NCBI GenBank assembly: GCA_026023565.1
Contig: JAPETS010000042.1
Coordinates: 124,001 to 188,000 of the forward strand
DNA: 64,000 nt
Origin: Cirrosporium novae-zelandiae
Lineage: Eukaryota
Reading direction: 5' to 3'
Within the stretch, counting starts at the first letter, position 1, and each line of letters opens with the position of its first letter. The notes beneath the pieces were generated by a model. The model saw only the letters and a list, made by a program, of their open reading frames with translations. It made no database searches and was not told where the DNA came from. A program made the translations under genes and the position numbers. This document shows, piece by piece, positions 44,518 to 58,584 of this stretch.

Positions 44518-47500
44518 TCATCTCAAATCATCCACGTTTACGTCCATGTCCATATCCAGATCCAGATCCAGATCCATACCCCCATCCCTGTTCCCGTTTC
44601 CAATCTCCTCTCTAATCTCATCTACAAGACTAATAACCCGATTTCTGGTCTCCGACCTTAACGGCCCCTGTCTCCGTAACATGCCCAGCGCCTGACACAG
44701 GAATCCCATAACCCCTTTGGTTGGACTTGATGCTCGGTCTGGGCTGCTGCTGTTTGTTGCCGGTATTGTCCCAGAGCCGCCGGCGGTGAAGACCATTCTA
44801 GGCGGTTGTAGGGATGGCATGGTCTGTTGTTGGGGGCGGAAGAGGGGGTTGTCGGCGTTGGAACTGGTTATGATGACCATAGGATTTGAGCCTCGGCGGG
44901 AGGGGCTCCATTCTTTGCCTTCGTTTGATTGGTTGTTGCTTTTGCTGGGCTGGGAGGTGGGACTGGAGGTGTCTGTTGCCTTGATAGTTTTGAGGTTACT
45001 TGGTTCTCGGCCACTTAGTTTCGAAGGGCGCCCTCTTTTGCGTACTTGAGTTGGGGAGGATGAGGGGTTGACGGGCGAGGAGAGGATGCCTGAGGAAGAA
45101 CCACGAGTTTGGAGAGCTGAAGATTGGTTTTGAGAATCAGGGGTGAACATGGTTTTGGATTCGGTTGAGCTGTCTCTTGATCTTCCTCTTTTCCTTCCAG
45201 ACGAGGAAGGTGTTTGTGAGGCTTTATTCTCGGATTCGGATGAGATTCGAGTTTTCTTATGCTGGGGTACTGGCGACATTTGCGCAATGACGATGCAATC
45301 CTGAATATTTTCGTCTTCGCTTTCAGTGTCGAAACCATTGAAGGAAGGAGGAGTTCCGTAGTCGGAGGAGGGGGAACTGTTACCAGATTTTCTTCTGGCT
45401 TTCCTCGATGGCACTGTCCTTGACGTTGCGGAAAGATTTGATCGTTTACGTTTCAGAGTGTTTGAGGACAATTTTTCGTTTGGTTTTCCTGTTCTGGGCA
45501 CTTGAACGGCATCTTCGCTCTCCTTTTGTAGCTTTGAGGGTGAATCTTGTCTCGAATTCGAGCTTTGATTGAAAGAATACGAAAACGAAACATTTGGGGA
45601 TTTGGAAACCGCAAGGAGCAGGTCGTGCTCAAGCTGCGAGGCTATTTGCTGGGAGTCTTCATCGCTGGAGTCGTGAGAGACGTGGACGAAGGAGTCTGAA
45701 ATGCGGGAGATATCTAGAGGACTTGAGCTAGAATTGAAACTAAAACACGGGTGTTCGTCCTGGAGTGTGGTCCTGATTGGGGCTTTGGTGGTGGACTGAA
45801 GGGCCGCTGTGCGCGACTCATTTTTGGGAGTTTGAGGGCGGTTGTCGTTGTGTGAGGATGGAACCTGTACTTGATCAAGAAGATCAGACACTGATGTATC
45901 ATCGTAAACGGAGCTCTCGCATTCCGATATAGGATTGGTTTTTTGGTTGTGACTATGACTATTTGTATTAGATGTGAAGAACCTTTCTCGTGCAGACTCA
46001 TATTGCTGGTCCATATCTGAAAACAAGGGAACCTGTGGAATCGAGTCGTCTAATTCGTCTTGGGTTATTTGATCAGTTGATAGAACAGCGAGGGGGTTGA
46101 GAGCTAGATCAGCTGTATTTCGTAATGACAGTGCTGCTCTAGGTGTTAAGTTCTTATCATCGTTAATAGAACTTTCTATATGAACGGTGGGAGAAGTTAG
46201 GCGTTTCACTTGTTTCGTAACTGCCTTTGGTGTATTCTCCACTTGGTCGGCAACTGAATGCTCTATCTCCATGGCATCTTCATTTGACATGCTTTCTAAT
46301 CCGTCAGTGACTGTATCTTGTTGTTCAGGGGCTGTTGATGTTTGGCTTATAGCTGTCGCAAGATTTCCGATATGCGGTGATTGAGAGCTTTGATGAATAT
46401 CTTCATTCATCCCGGAGAGAGGAGGGGGTTGTTGTAGGGGCTGTTCATCTTCATTTCCAGCTGCAATTTGCACCCCCCTCTTAACTGGAAAGTGTGCTGA
46501 AGTATCGAGGTCTTCGATTTTATCTATGACCAAATCCGCGGTATGCTCCTCGTCGATATCCATCGAATCGGATGTATCAGCATTTTCATCTTCTAATGAT
46601 CTTCTATCGGTGGTTGAAGGGAACCTTTTGGTTGCCTGGAATACGGGACGAGGGGTAGACGTAGCAACGAACATATTGGGCTTAAATGATGTTCGTCTTC
46701 CGTTGAGTGGCGGTGATGAAGGAAAGTCAAAATCATCAGTGGTTGGTCCACTTTTCTTACTGCTACTTCGGGGCGTGGGTGAGGAAGGAATAAAGTCGTT
46801 CATTGGTCCATCTTTGACAGGTGGGAGTGCTGGACTTGATGGAATATCAAATATGCTGGGGCGCGCTGGTTTTGAGTTACTGCCGAAACGCAACAATGAA
46901 GAAGATCGTGCTTGAGAAGATTGGGGCCGCTGTCTAGGACTGGATGAAAGGTCCGGAAACATGGCAGCCGTTTCAATATTCTGTCTTTCTCGAACTTCTT
47001 TCTGTCGATCTGTAAGCAGTCGCCGGTCCTCGCCTTCGCTATTAAGAGGTGAGGACTCTATAGCAGTGAACTGTAGCTGAGAGTTGTCATGTCGGAGATG
47101 GCGTGTTGGTGTTCGTGATAAATGTTCATTAGCACTGCTTCGAGGGGTTGGGCTCTGTTCAGTGAATAGCGAAGAGTCTTGGATATTATTTCTCGGAGGG
47201 ACCAAGTTATGGGCTATTATTGGTTTTGGTGATCTCTTCATCAGAGGCTGTCTAATCGATGGTGAGAATCCAACGTCCTTTTCGTCGTTCTCTAAGTCAA
47301 GGTCGTGAGAATCTGGGAAGGTGATCGGTTCCGATGATTCCTACTGAAGTTAGAACAACCGGCAGAAACAAAATATTAATACTTACAGTTTCAGCAATCT
47401 CAAGACCCGGGAGGTGTATATCTGCAGAGAACCGAAGATTAACAAGGACGGTTTCTAACTCTCTGGGGTACTGGAGAGTAGGCTCGGCACCGAAAGTCTC

Positions 47501-50500
47501 ATTCCAAAAAGTGATGAATTCATTGGTAATGACTTCTCGTGTGCATATGAAACCGGCTAGCAAAATAGGTGTGAAAGATGAAAGTTCATCGCTGCCATAA
47601 CTTGAAAGTGTGCGAAAAGTTGAAATACACACATCGGAGAGATCATTAAGCTAAAAATAATTAGTACATACTGATATCAACTTGTAGAACTGGCTTACAC
47701 TTTTTTCATATGGCTCAGCTTGAGGCGTCCGTAGGTTTATTTTTTCTCGCCTATCTGTAATCCAGCAGCTAATCCCATCTTGAAGTTTTTCCAAGAAGGT
47801 TGGAGCTGTGCTTACAGGGCACCTTTTGATAGCATGAGCTAGTGCTAGAATACAGTTACTGGTGCCATTCGAAGCCGAAAGGTCTAGTGAATCGTAGGAT
47901 TTAGCTAAAACACGGTTTATAAATGTAAAAAACTGCTCAGAGGGAAGCAAGGTATCTTCGTGTTTCGGTTGTTTTAATCTCACATATCCCAGTTTTTTCC
48001 GGATATGGTCCACTGCATGTTGGCTCTGTGGAAAAATCATGTACTCTAGGAGGTACGAGATATGAAAAAGATGGATTTGTGTAGAGTTAGCATGGACGGC
48101 GATTGCTTTAAATACTGGCTCGATTACCAGCATCAGAACAACGCTATCGTCCTGCTCTTTCCGGACGAGCTCTATAAGAGTCTTCAAGAGAGATTCCCAC
48201 GAGACTCTACTTTCATCTCCATCAAAGTCCAATCCAGAAACGAGAATTTTGATTGCACGACGGTAGTCCTCAACGACAGAAGAGACCTCCTCAAATCTCA
48301 ATTCAGATGGTTCCCCAAGGGCCTTTGTGGTGAGCTCACCGACCACCGACCACGAGCATCGGAGAGCCTTTTCGTCTGCAAAAAAAGTATTCACTTCAGC
48401 TGCTATGTTCTGAAGAGCTTCAACCAACTCTAAGCAAAATTTGACTCGAGACTCTCTTGATGTTCTAGCTGGAAGAAGAGGCTCAAGAAAATGCATCATC
48501 ATAGACCGATAAGACTTGACCATCTCTACTTTTGGACATGGTGCAACAAGGAACCGAAGCATATGTATCACCGGAGTATGACGGGGTGCTAGGATCCGAG
48601 AAGACGTCTTCGAGGGCGTAGCAGTCGGTTCATAAATCTCTTGCGAAATTCGAGCCAACTGCTGGTCAATGAATGGGACAGGACCTATATTAGAAATAGT
48701 GCATGAAACTAGAAAGTCGTATTTCCCAACGAAAACATCCAGCCCGTCAGCATCACACACATTCAAGGCTTTGGGGCCACATCTCCAGATTTTTTGAAAA
48801 AAGCCGACGAAGACTGCAATTGCTGACATGCAGTCAGAAGATATTCTAACCTCTTTCCCACCTGCTTCTCCAAGTGCTGTGGTTAGGCATGACCAGGCTG
48901 TCTTCACATCAGACTTCGTCTCCCCAGTTTCCCATAGAGCTTTCTCAAATATCGCTTCAAAGACCTTTAGAACTTTAGAGGCGCGCGATCTAGACCATTT
49001 ACAATCGATCCTGGAAAGATCTTCGGGTTTTATATCGGTCGAATCGATGGCCATATTTTGATGCCAAACTTTAGGCTGGGGATTCCAGAGAAGCGCAGAC
49101 AATATTTGGCACGCCCGGTCCACGCCTTTTTTTGTAGACAGAAGACAAGATGTAATGACGTTAGTGACATACAAATCCCAAAAAATATCCAGATCTGCAT
49201 GGGTTGCGGTTGGCTTGAATGCATAGTATAGGAGATTGCAATAACTCGAAAGTGCGCCAGGATATGAATGTCTGGAGCGTTCTTCACCGAAATTGTTTTT
49301 CAACTGGGAACTGGTGGCCCTAGGTAGAATATTAAGGACGGACTTACTGACCGAGGAGTCTGGATTTATGGCTAGGACAAATTTATTCCAGGCTAAATTT
49401 GCCTGAAACCGAAGGAGGTTATCTCCAGAGTTGAAGCAACTTTGGATGATATGCAACCAGGTCCTCAAGTGACTCCAGTGCTCTATTTGATGTGGGCGGC
49501 TTCGAAGGAAGAGAATTATGACACTCCATATCTGAGGAACATATGGAGCATCTTCCTTCGATGATAGCATCTTATCCAATTCATTTGATAAGAAGTCGAC
49601 AAATCTTTTGCCATTCTCATCTTCCCCATTCAATGTGCTCGCCATCGCCCGAGAAACAACACCAGCAGTCCCTAGGAGCATGCCGGCTTCTGTTCCCATG
49701 GATACTGCGTGTGATCGGATATCCCTGATACTGCTGAGCATTCCAGTGAGTAGATGATCCATCCAATCGGAGACCCGTGTAATCATGACTCCTCGAGCTT
49801 GAGTGAGAAGTCGTTTGTACACCAACAATCTCATCCCAATTATCGCATTTCCTGTGACGCGATCTTCAATTGAATGAAGAGCTTTGAGGAGTCGCGCCGC
49901 TCTTTCAGATGTAATAACCTTGGACGGAAATTTTTGCAAGGAGATGAAATGCATGTGATGGCGGATCATAATCTTGGGAATATGTGCTTCTTCTAGAATA
50001 CCAATCGAATGATCGATCATAAAAGTACGGAAGTCATCATCAAGGAGCTCAGCAATTTGAGTTGTCCCCACGAAGATATTCAACAGCCTTAATGCTTGTG
50101 CAATCAGCGTTGTATCCCATACGTCCGTATCTCCTGTCTTAGCGCCAATATCTCGGCGTAGAAATTGCAATAGTAAACCCATCTTGTCTTTCATTGCTTT
50201 AATATCAGGTACGTCATCATAAGTCTTCAAACTACCCGATAATATAGTGTACGCATCCACCTTAGAACTCCGCGAACCTCCAGCAAGCTGCTGGACGATG
50301 GACTCTAGCATCGCCGCGAAGGTCGGGAATTCAGTTGAAGTTTGGCTTATAAATGTAACGGGAGTTGAGGGGGAAGGTGTTGGCTTTAATATGGACTTAA
50401 GAGATTTGCGCTCCCGTGAGGGAGGAAGTGGCTTGAGATGAGGGTTGGAGCCTGCAGATTTGAAGACTGTTGGAGCTTTGTGGAATTCGTGCCATGGCGA

Positions 50501-50674
50501 GAAGACCACCTTCTTCTGACTTTTTTGGAGAGCTACTATGGACTCTGAAGTTGAAGGAGGGGTTTCATCGGGGGGTGCGACCAAGGACTCTGGTAAAGAC
50601 AAATTTGGGGAATCTTTTTTCTTTGTGTCTTTGGGAGGAGTTGGCGGGCGCACGAGGTTGAGGCCGGGCATCAT
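44518..50674 (-). CDS. RIF1: Telomere length / replication timing regulator Rif1
   Basis: N-terminal KKVVF and KSILK PP1-docking motifs, HEAT-like region (WLHIIQSCFN, ANLAWNKFV), FWNETFG..YP, RHDNSQLQF..IESSP and LTDRQKEVRERQ. Introns 47651-47698 and 47341-47386. Confidence 0.9.
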
Positions 50675-50880
50675 ATAGAGGTTTCCAAAAAGACAATGAA
50701 AAACAATGATGCTGGCATGGCTTTCGATGAATCGTTATCAAATATTAAAGATGTATAAGGTGTTCTATAAGGGTAAGGTAGAAGAGAATTGAGAAAGACC
50801 TGAGAAAGCCTTGAGAACAGCTTAGACTAGCTCCAATATAGAAGAGAGGTTAAACGACGTGAGCTTTCAGTTTAGTTTTG

Positions 50881-50904
50881 GCGCGTCCTAATCCCTGTAC
50901 GCGT
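50881..50904. promoter_or_regulatory. MCB-like elements upstream of RIF1
   Basis: GCGCGT at 50881-50886 and ACGCGT at 50899-50904, ~210-230 bp upstream of the RIF1 ATG. Confidence 0.55.
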
Positions 50905-51431
50905 AAAGTGGTCCGTCCACGATATCAAAGTGTTATTATCCCACTTCGGCCTGAGGCTGCAGATCCCTGATGAAAGATCGACAAACTAAATTCTTTTAGT
51001 ACCCGAGGCATTGTTCTTTTGACTTGTGCTTTCTACAATAATGCTTTAAGAAATACTTAGAACTCGTCTACGAATTCTTCATACATGATAGAATAAAGTG
51101 ACATTTTTACATATATAATTTAAAACAAAAACTTTTTTCGCAACTGAGTGCCCTATTATTCTGTGGAAAATCAGACTAAGTGGGACAGCAAGATACGCAA
51201 AAACCGCTGACTTACGCAGATCATCCCACATCAGTTGGGGTTGCTTGAACCTATGATATCTTTTCGACTTCCATACCACACATATCAACCAGGATTCTCT
51301 TGTCAGCCGTGCAATACAAGGAATCTCGTGATCGATTTATTGATTAATTAGTTGATTGATTGAACACTTGAATGTTAGAAATCTACAGAAATCTCACAAT
51401 ATCAAACTCCTAGTTGACCTTGGGATAAATA

Positions 51432-53176
51432 ATGGAAGTGAAGGCCGAGCTCCGTGGAGAAGGTACTTTGAAGATTCCTCGGAGGAAAGCCCATTGTCCT
51501 ACTGCTAACTGAGCCCACTTTCAGCAAAGCTAAAGGAAGTCTCTAGATTGATCGAGCTACTCAAAGAAGATTTCATCGAGAAAAAATTACTTCCTCCTGG
51601 TAAGATTGCCTTGACCTGTCGTCTAGCCTTTTGGAATTTCGACAATACTAATTAAATACTTTGCTTGTTACCAGATCGCAATGCGTTGCTTGAACAAGTC
51701 AAGGTGTTCTCAAGGAGTCCTGATAATGCCGGTCCAATATATTGCAAAGAAGTATAGTAGCGAGAATCTGGAAATCCGGAGTTATGGCTTATCATAGATC
51801 ATCAGGGAATCGAAACACTATGCAAGCATGGGTTTGACGGAAATTCTTTGATAACGTCACGCGAGGCTCTTCGATGTCTAGCAAACGCATTTCTTCTCGA
51901 TTCAAACACACGACAGTTTTTTGTTGACCTTGGATATCCTGAAAAGGCTGCAGAGAGACTCAAGGTTTATACCATGGCTCAAATTCCCCATGGAAAGAGG
52001 ACGGTATGGCTGATACATGCATAGAATGATAATCGTGACGACGAGTTTTTGATCTCTAGAATTTTGTTTCTTATGACTTACGGGACGACGCTCGACTTTG
52101 ATAATTTGATCGAACTACATCAGCTAGCAGATAGCATTAACAATGTCGGCTACCTTACAGACCAAGTGGAGAATAATGCCTACTGACTAGATGATAGAAT
52201 ATAGCACGACACGCAAAGAATTGGCCAAGGGTCTGCTCAAGATCTCAGCCTCCGCAGATGGATGAAATGGCACTATCAGAATCATTGAAGCTCCTTTTCA
52301 ACGTCACTACCCACTACCCACACCGAGTTGAATCATTTTCCAAGTCAATATCTTGCACCTTTAAAATCTTGGGTCGCATTAAGATACCACCACTACCCCT
52401 CCAGGGAACCGTTAGCTATCTTATCAATGGAGTCCTCAACCTTGACCTCGAGGACAAAAAGAAATTCCTTGGCGCAAATCCTGTCTTTCCCAAATTTGAT
52501 CAAAATTGCAACGTTGATAAGTTGGTCGAGATACTGGATAAAGCAGTAGACGCATACAAGGAGCAAGAATTGGAGCAATTTGCCGTTCCCCTTGTTACAT
52601 TATTAAGAAAAGTCTACGAATTTTCTCCTGATGGGCCTAAAAAGCACATGCAAGAGTTGCTACTTCCAACTGACGAGGAACGAGAGCGCCCCCTAGGAGA
52701 ATCTCAATCTCTTTCTTCGAAGTTGCTAAAGTTATCTACATCGCCTGTGGCTCCAAGCCTACGAGAAGCTATTTCATCCATAATGTTTGAGCTGTCAGAC
52801 AAGGATGCTGATAAGTTTGTCAAAAACATCGGTTTCGGATTCGCTTCAGGGTTTTTGATGAATCACAATCTTCCCATACCTTCTAGTGCTAGTCAGGCAT
52901 ATAGCAACGAGACCCAGGACTCGGAAGACACGCCCATCAATCCCGTTACCGGGCAGCGCGTTGACCGGGAGATTCCCGATGACGAGCCGCCAATGACAGA
53001 GGAAGAGAAAGAACGTGAAGCAGAAAGACTCTTTGTCTTATTTGAAAGGTACGAAATCCAATTCTTGGTAGAATGTGTCTAACTTGTTCGATAGGTTGAA
53101 AGCCACAGGAGTCGTGGATGTAAAAAATCCATTTAAGCAAGCAATGGATGAAGGTCGGTTTGAAGAGTTGGACTGA
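51432..53176 (+). CDS. RIC8: G-alpha guanine nucleotide exchange factor / chaperone Ric8 (synembryn)
   Basis: EALRCLANAFLL, SRILFLMTY, KNIGFGFASGFL, INPVTGQR and MTEEEKEREAERLFVLFER, with multiple short 5' introns. Confidence 0.93.
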
Positions 53177-53417
53177 ATGGGGCAATTGATTTAACTTATG
53201 TCCGATTCAATGTGGAGTAATTCACTGATGGGAGGCATTCTTGCAGGCACTTTCATAATTCAACTGGCCGACGACGTTTCTGTAAGTACTCCCGTTAACA
53301 TAATTAGGATAACATCAATTCAATTATTAAATATGAACATTGAATTCATGGCAATATTGAACTCTTTAAAGTCTATTAATATGTAAACTCCTTTTGAGGA
53401 GCAAGTGGGAGCCAAGT

Positions 53418-53423
53418 ACGCGT
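53418..53423. promoter_or_regulatory. MCB element ACGCGT upstream of the BRCT gene
   Basis: Exact hexamer ~270 bp upstream of ATG 53694. Confidence 0.45.
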
Positions 53424-53693
53424 AGTAATGTAGCGGTGAGTATGACGGGATCACGTGGAGTCGTTGCGGAATATCACCGGTTTCCCTGACGACCAAAAAT
53501 CAAAACAACAACAACAGGCGCGGTTTACCCTTATCGTTTCTCCCACATGCATATTCCCATCCCAACTTTATAGTAAAAAAATATTATCGGCCCATCTCTT
53601 CCAAATTAAATGTGGAAGTAGTACGTTATTCAATGTCGACTTGACTCGGCTTTGCCGTCTTCCATTCCAAAATAATCAACAATTCAATTCATT

Positions 53694-56600
53694 ATGCCAG
53701 CAAGACCACCACCTTCACCAGTGAAGCGCAGTCTCCGGAATCGTACTGTTACTATCACGACAGACCTTGACGTGACTAAACACGCTCCAACAACAAAGGC
53801 GACAAAAACTACAGCAGCCAAAGCACGAAAAACGCATCGAACTAGAGCCACTGATCATGAAGAGGTAGAAGAAGCTCCTAATCTTGCACCTGTGAGAGCA
53901 ACTAGGCGGGTACATCATACTAAAGCTGCCCAGAATAACGATGAGGTGGAAGAGAAACAGGATACAAAACCAACATCCAAGGCTGCACCCGCAACTAAGA
54001 GAAGAACAAGAGCTCAGGATAACGATGCTAATCGGGAAGAGGAATTAAAAGAAGTAGAGCCTAAGAGTGTTGCACCGGAGAAGAAGCCCAAGGCTACGAG
54101 AGCAACAAAAGCTAAGAAGACTACAGCCGATGCAACACACGCACATGAGGCTGGAGGCGAAGCCCCGGTTAAGACTAGAACCAGGGCAACAAGGGCCAAA
54201 AAGGAAGTACATGAGGAGTCTGAGAAAGATGTACCAGAGCCGCATAAAGCACGAGGACGCCCGAGAAAAGTACATGATCCCAAATCTGAGGAAGAATGTT
54301 TGCCTGCACCACCAGTAAAGAAAGTGGCACGGGCTACTAGAGCTACTGCCTCAACAGCGTCAACAGCGGCAAAATTAAAAAAGAAAGTCACATTTCAAGA
54401 CGAGCTACAATCTGATAAAGAAAACCTTCCCCTAGCAGAGAAAAAAGCAACCGGCCTACGAGCGAAGCCTGTCCGGAGAGTTGCTCCCACAAAGGGCACA
54501 CGAACCAAAAAGCCCACTGCAACATCTAACAATAATGACAAGGAAAAGGAGAAGGAAAATGAGGAAGACGTACGACCTTTGTCGCCAAAGAAGGCAAAAC
54601 AAATGACCACCAAGTTCGAGTCCGTTGACTCGGATGATGAGCTCAGCGGATCCAAAACCCCAATGAGGGTGCTGAGCAAGAGCCCTGTGAAACCTCCCGC
54701 ATCAAGTCCAATCAAAGTACCAGTTCCAAAGCTAGACTTCCACCAGGGCTCAATGTCCTCAAGAAATGACATGAAAGCGTCAGTCTTAGCTAGCCCTGCT
54801 CGACGCCCTCCCCAATCCCCATTCAAAGATGCTTTCAAGGGAACCCCTATGCGTGTGAACCTGGGGGATTCGTTAGCACAACCGATTTTGGAGCCACCGA
54901 TTTCCTCGTTCAAAGCACAATTGTTACACTCTCCGGCACGCAGACCGGCTCCTTCTCCCATGAAATCCACTGGATCTAGTTCGATGATCAAGCCTAGGGC
55001 GGCAATCCCAATCTTGGACACGGAACATATTCCCAATGTCGATGTTCAAATGCAAGATGCGGATGTAGAGGACCTTGCCACTATTTGCGATTCTCATGTT
55101 TCACCGTTTAGAAGATCCGTCAAGGTTTATAACATGGCCCCGGTTGAACCAGAAGAACCAGACGAACTAGATGAATCAGAGGAAACTGAACCATCTGAAC
55201 CTACACTTGACAAAGCTGACTCCTCGGCTGAGAAGGAAAAGGTTCTTGAACAAGAAGATATTCTAGAAAAAGGGAATGCCCCAGAAAAGATGGACGTCTC
55301 AGAAAAAGAATATGTCCAGGAAGACGTAGAGATGGCCGAAGCACCGATCCACGACGCCGACACTAAGAATGGGGAATCTAGGTCATCAGAAGTCATAGAA
55401 GAGCATGAATTACAATCTACCCATCCGGTACCTGAGCAAGAACTTCAAAAATTCCAAGAGGAAGATCTCCCTAAATCTGCTCTAGAGAGCACCCAAAGTT
55501 CTCGAAGTACAACACCCCCAGGCCTTCCGTGGCCTATAAAGTCAAAGGCTTTCCAATTGCAAACACCAGCCACCCAGTATCCGTCCGATGATGATGAGTC
55601 GGAGGATGAGCTACAATCCATGGTGAACCAGTATGACATGACGCCATCTGTAAAACACCACAGGAATTTCATAACTCCCACTGCGAGGCTTGCGCAGCCT
55701 CAATTGAACCAGAATGAGGGGAATTCTATTCAAACAGATGTTGCATTGGAGCATTCAGCACTACCCTCAATCACCCCACTTGCTATGCAGTTGAGCCAGT
55801 GGCGTGCATCTAGCCCCGAGAAGAAAGCCAACAACTTTGCTGAGGAACGGCCGAAAAGCATATTCTCCCCAAATCTTCCAATAACTTTAGGGTCGGCCAA
55901 TCTTCCGTCACCTTCTGAGAAAGGAACCCCTTTGAAGAATACCTTTTTTGAAGATGCATTTGCTTCTGAGCAAGAGGGTCCATCGGATGAGTTGCTTGGT
56001 GCAGCCGAAGAAGATGTTTTCAACGTACAGCCAAGCCAGGATTCCCAAGCATCACAGGAATATGGGGATGAGAACCAACCACCGTTAGACGAAAACTCCC
56101 CTCCAACAGATCTATTTGATGCCATGGACGTACAAGAGGACTTTAATGATGAGAACACTCCACCTATTGATATCGATCCGCTGTTGTTGACTAGGCCCTA
56201 TGCTACCTCAAATACAGGACCAGTTTCAACACCTGTTCGCCGGCATATCCCAGAGACAAGGGTTGTTCATACAGTAGCCAAGGTCCCTTTGAAACCAGCT
56301 GATGATGACGATACTCCAAGAGTATCTAGAAAAAGAGCACGATCGCTTTCTGGAACATCGGGACGTAGTACCCGGGAGGTTTTCCAAGATCTCGGTATCC
56401 AGAGTCGTGATTTTGCCGATTCACGCAATGACATGATGACGCCGGTTAAACGATCGAATACCGCTCTTACATCAGATACATTATCCACCTTTGCTACACC
56501 AGGAAGGACTCCACGTTCTGGAGCTGATGCTCAGATTCTCAAGGGTGTCGTGGTATATGTTGATGTGCATACTAGCGAGGGAGCCGATGCTAGTGGTGTC

Positions 56601-57467
56601 TTTACCGAACTTCTGACCGAAATGGGTGCACGCTGCGTAAAGCAATGGGCGTGGAATCCAAGGGCTGGCACAGGTGCTCAGACGTCTGAAGATCAAGCTT
56701 TGAGTAGTAAAATTGGTATTACTCATGTAGTCTTTAAAGATGGAGGCGTGAGGACACTAGAAAAAGTGCGGGATAGTCATGGAGTTGTTCTCTGCGTTGG
56801 TGTTGGTTGGGTCCTAGAGTAAGCCTATGTTCGAAATTCTTACAACACCTGAAATAATCTAATTCATTACAGTTGCGAGGGCGAAAACAAATGGCTTGAC
56901 GAATCTACCTATGCGGTTGACACTTCATTGATTCCACGTGGAGGTCACCGTCGCCGCAAATCTATGGAGCCAAAAGCACTTGCAAAATTGAATGGTACTG
57001 CCGTCGTTGCAGAGGCACCAGCTCCTCAAGAGGACGAGCCTCCCTCCCCAATGGAAGAATTTATCGCCTTTAATACTCCATCCTCCCGCCGGCAGTCGTT
57101 CCAAATTCCTCGACTCCCACCAGCCGAGCCTCCACGAACACCTAGGAATCGTGGCTTCGCCACTGAACCCATATCCGAGTACGACGAAATGGATGAATTA
57201 GATTTCAACTTCGAAACACCAGCAATAGCCCCATCAGCGTACGCATCCCCAACAACACCTTACTACCTCAGTCAAGGTGCCAAACTCGTACAGAAAACGT
57301 GCCCACCTAAGCAGATAGGTCAAAGGTTGTTTCCTTTAAGTGGAAATATCAGCGAGCAACCAGATGAAAACTTGAGGAAGAGATTATTGGCAGCAAGACG
57401 GAAAAGTCTCCAATTCGCCCCAAAGACGGCAAGTCCGTTAGGGAGGGCTGTCAGCTATGGACTATAA
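53694..57467 (+). CDS. Large disordered protein with one C-terminal BRCT domain (microcephalin-like)
   Basis: ILKGVVVYVDV..LTEMGARC..ITHVVFKDGG..VGVGWVLDC BRCT signature, one intron ~56819-56872, HRRRKSMEP and RRKSLQFAPK motifs. Confidence 0.85.
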
Positions 57468-57876
57468 TAGGCCCCATGTGACATGCAAAGCATTCAACGA
57501 GAGGTTAGGAAAAATTCCAGTAACGATTTGTTTGGCGGTTTTTTTTTATAGAGGTCATGTGTGAATGGATGGAATTGTCGACTTAAGTTCTCACGTAACT
57601 CAGCATGGATTATGGATAGGATGGAATGGATTGGCGTCTTTGTTTTTTTGGAAGACGGGGTGAATGGTTTTTTCTGGCGCAGAAATGGGCTTACATAACC
57701 TGCCTTGCCCAGGTATGTCTACCGCAACGGAACGGAGTCGAGTGGAGGAGGCTTGCTTGCGCTGAGCCGAGCCATGGGATTATAAAACAAACGCTCGTTT
57801 ATTGTTAATACTGTAATTGGCAGGCGGGTGTGGAGCGTGGGGTTTTTGGCCTGAGGGCTTACACGCACGCATGCAA

Positions 57877-57914
57877 AGCGAAAGGCCAACAGCGAAAGGC
57901 CAACAGCGAAAGGC
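57877..57914. repeat. 14-bp tandem repeat AGCGAAAGGCCAAC x2.7
   Basis: Read directly in the convergent intergenic region. Confidence 0.85.
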
Positions 57915-58584
57915 GAAAAGTTAATTGATATCCTTATGTAGCACATAACCCCCCAACACACGCACATAACACACACATACCACACAGTGTATGCGTTCTC
58001 AGTGTGTTGGTGTTTAGTGTTAATAGTAGCTAGCAAATAGCAAAACTAAACTACCTTCCTTGTTTATAAATTCAAGATTTTGAGAAGTAATAATGGGGAT
58101 AATCGGGGAGGGTAGGGTTATTTTGTATTTTTATTTGGATATAGGCTTAGATTGTATATATTGTATTTGATTACCTAGGCACCTGACGGTGGATGTGGGT
58201 GGGAGTGGGAGTGGGATTGTGAGCGCAAGTTGTCATTCTATCAATATGTGTATGTATATATTCTATCTATCTATTTAGCAATTCTTTTGCGGTTTTTGAC
58301 TTAGTAGGCAAGCCCTATGCCAGAGAAAATGTAGATGGCGAGGGCGTCGTTGTCTTTGGATAAGAACATCTATTTCTTGTTTCCGCTTCCGTGTATAATG
58401 GGGAAAGTGGATATTCCCCTCTCAAGATACTCGAGAATATCAGGAACGAGAGAGATTCGCCACCAGCTCCGAAGCAAATGAGACAATGGGAGGGAACGTG
58501 TGCCCCTAAAAGTCCCACTGTCCCGACTTTCCTATCTGCCAGGAACTATTCCCGATACGAAATCACATAACATGTCGATCCTAC

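Noticed and set aside
43519..44695. 158-aa and 177-aa ORFs between BUD27 and RIF1
   Set aside because: Low-complexity 3' UTR-type sequence with simple repeats; no coding features
57877..57914. Direct repeats as a CRISPR-like array
   Set aside because: No spacers, 14-bp unit, eukaryotic context
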